DNA of 38,175 nt from a virus: IMG/VR virus record IMGVR_UViG_3300032024_000018, positions 1 through 38,175 of that record; one strand, given 5' to 3'. Both the position numbers and the translations under genes were made by a program. Of this stretch, positions 38,007 through 38,175 are shown one piece after another. Each line of letters starts with the position of its first letter. Positions within the stretch are counted from its first letter, which is position 1. The notes beneath the pieces were generated by a model. It ran no database searches, had not been told where the DNA came from, and was given only the letters and a program-made list of their open reading frames with translations.

Positions 38007-38175
38007 ATGAAGACCAAGTCTTTGTTGCCCGCCACTCAGTTGGCTGAATGCTCGACCGTTGAACTGCTGGAAGAACTCCAGTCTCGTGGTGGTCATCCCG
38101 GCGCTTTGGCAGAAGCAGCTTTGCTCTGCGTACGCAAGAGCCAAGACTACAACCAAACCGCCGCGGACATGGATC
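38007..38175 (+). CDS. DUF1599-like protein, 5' part (continues in 1..258 across the junction)
   Basis: ATG at 38007 follows AAAGGAA. 114 nt lie before the repeat, so the frame matches ORF 1..258. Confidence 0.6.
   Translation, partial: MKTKSLLPATQLAECSTVELLEELQSRGGHPGALAEAALLCVRKSQDYNQTAADMD

Noticed and set aside
1-38175. Lysogeny module, tRNA genes, phage RNA polymerase, dNMP kinase, glycosyltransferase
   Set aside because: I looked for integrase/recombinase motifs, CI/Cro-type HTH pairs, cloverleaf-sized GC-rich intergenic segments, single-subunit RNAP-sized ORFs and extra P-loop proteins. None was found. Absence is based on inspection only and small divergent proteins could be missed.

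Overview
The window appears to be a complete tailed dsDNA phage genome. Bases 1-55 are identical to 38121-38175, so the unique length is 38,120 bp, and one ORF reads in frame across that junction. The contig is therefore circular or circularly permuted.

There are two divergent arms.
- Minus-strand late arm, 21811 down to 1640: small and large terminase, P22-type portal, scaffold, P22-type coat, gp4-like and gp10-like tail-hub proteins, fibre/needle-like proteins, a set of probable internal/ejection proteins, a beta-helix tailspike, a second tail fibre, and a lysis cassette (M15 endolysin, two membrane proteins, embedded i-/o-spanin pair).
- Plus-strand early/middle arm, 22403 to the contig end and on to 1539: Toprim-SF3 primase/helicase, ThyX, a J-domain protein, ATP-dependent ligase, family-A DNA polymerase, Cas4-like nuclease, DEDDh exonuclease, VRR-NUC, SNF2 helicase, and a terminal nucleotide-metabolism block.

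The arms diverge from a 590-bp non-coding region (21812-22402) with iteron-like repeats, an AT-rich core and an (AAG)8 tract. They converge on a bidirectional hairpin terminator at 1579-1614. I saw no integrase, repressor, phage RNA polymerase, tRNA or CRISPR array.

Most interesting observations:
1. A five-gene block spans the junction: SAM methyltransferase, MazG-like protein, DUF1599, ThyA-like protein, dCMP deaminase. Its ThyA-family member carries the Asn-to-Asp and His-to-Thr substitutions typical of dCMP hydroxymethylases, and a separate ThyX is present. This points to genomic cytosine replacement or hypermodification by a gene set unlike the T4 one.
2. A cupin-SET-domain fusion protein sits among the virion/ejection genes.
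3. The divergent region has origin-like architecture and 21-bp phased repeats.
4. Four near-identical sigma70-type promoters are present, two with conserved leaders.

All family calls come from motif recognition by eye and memory. No database search was possible.
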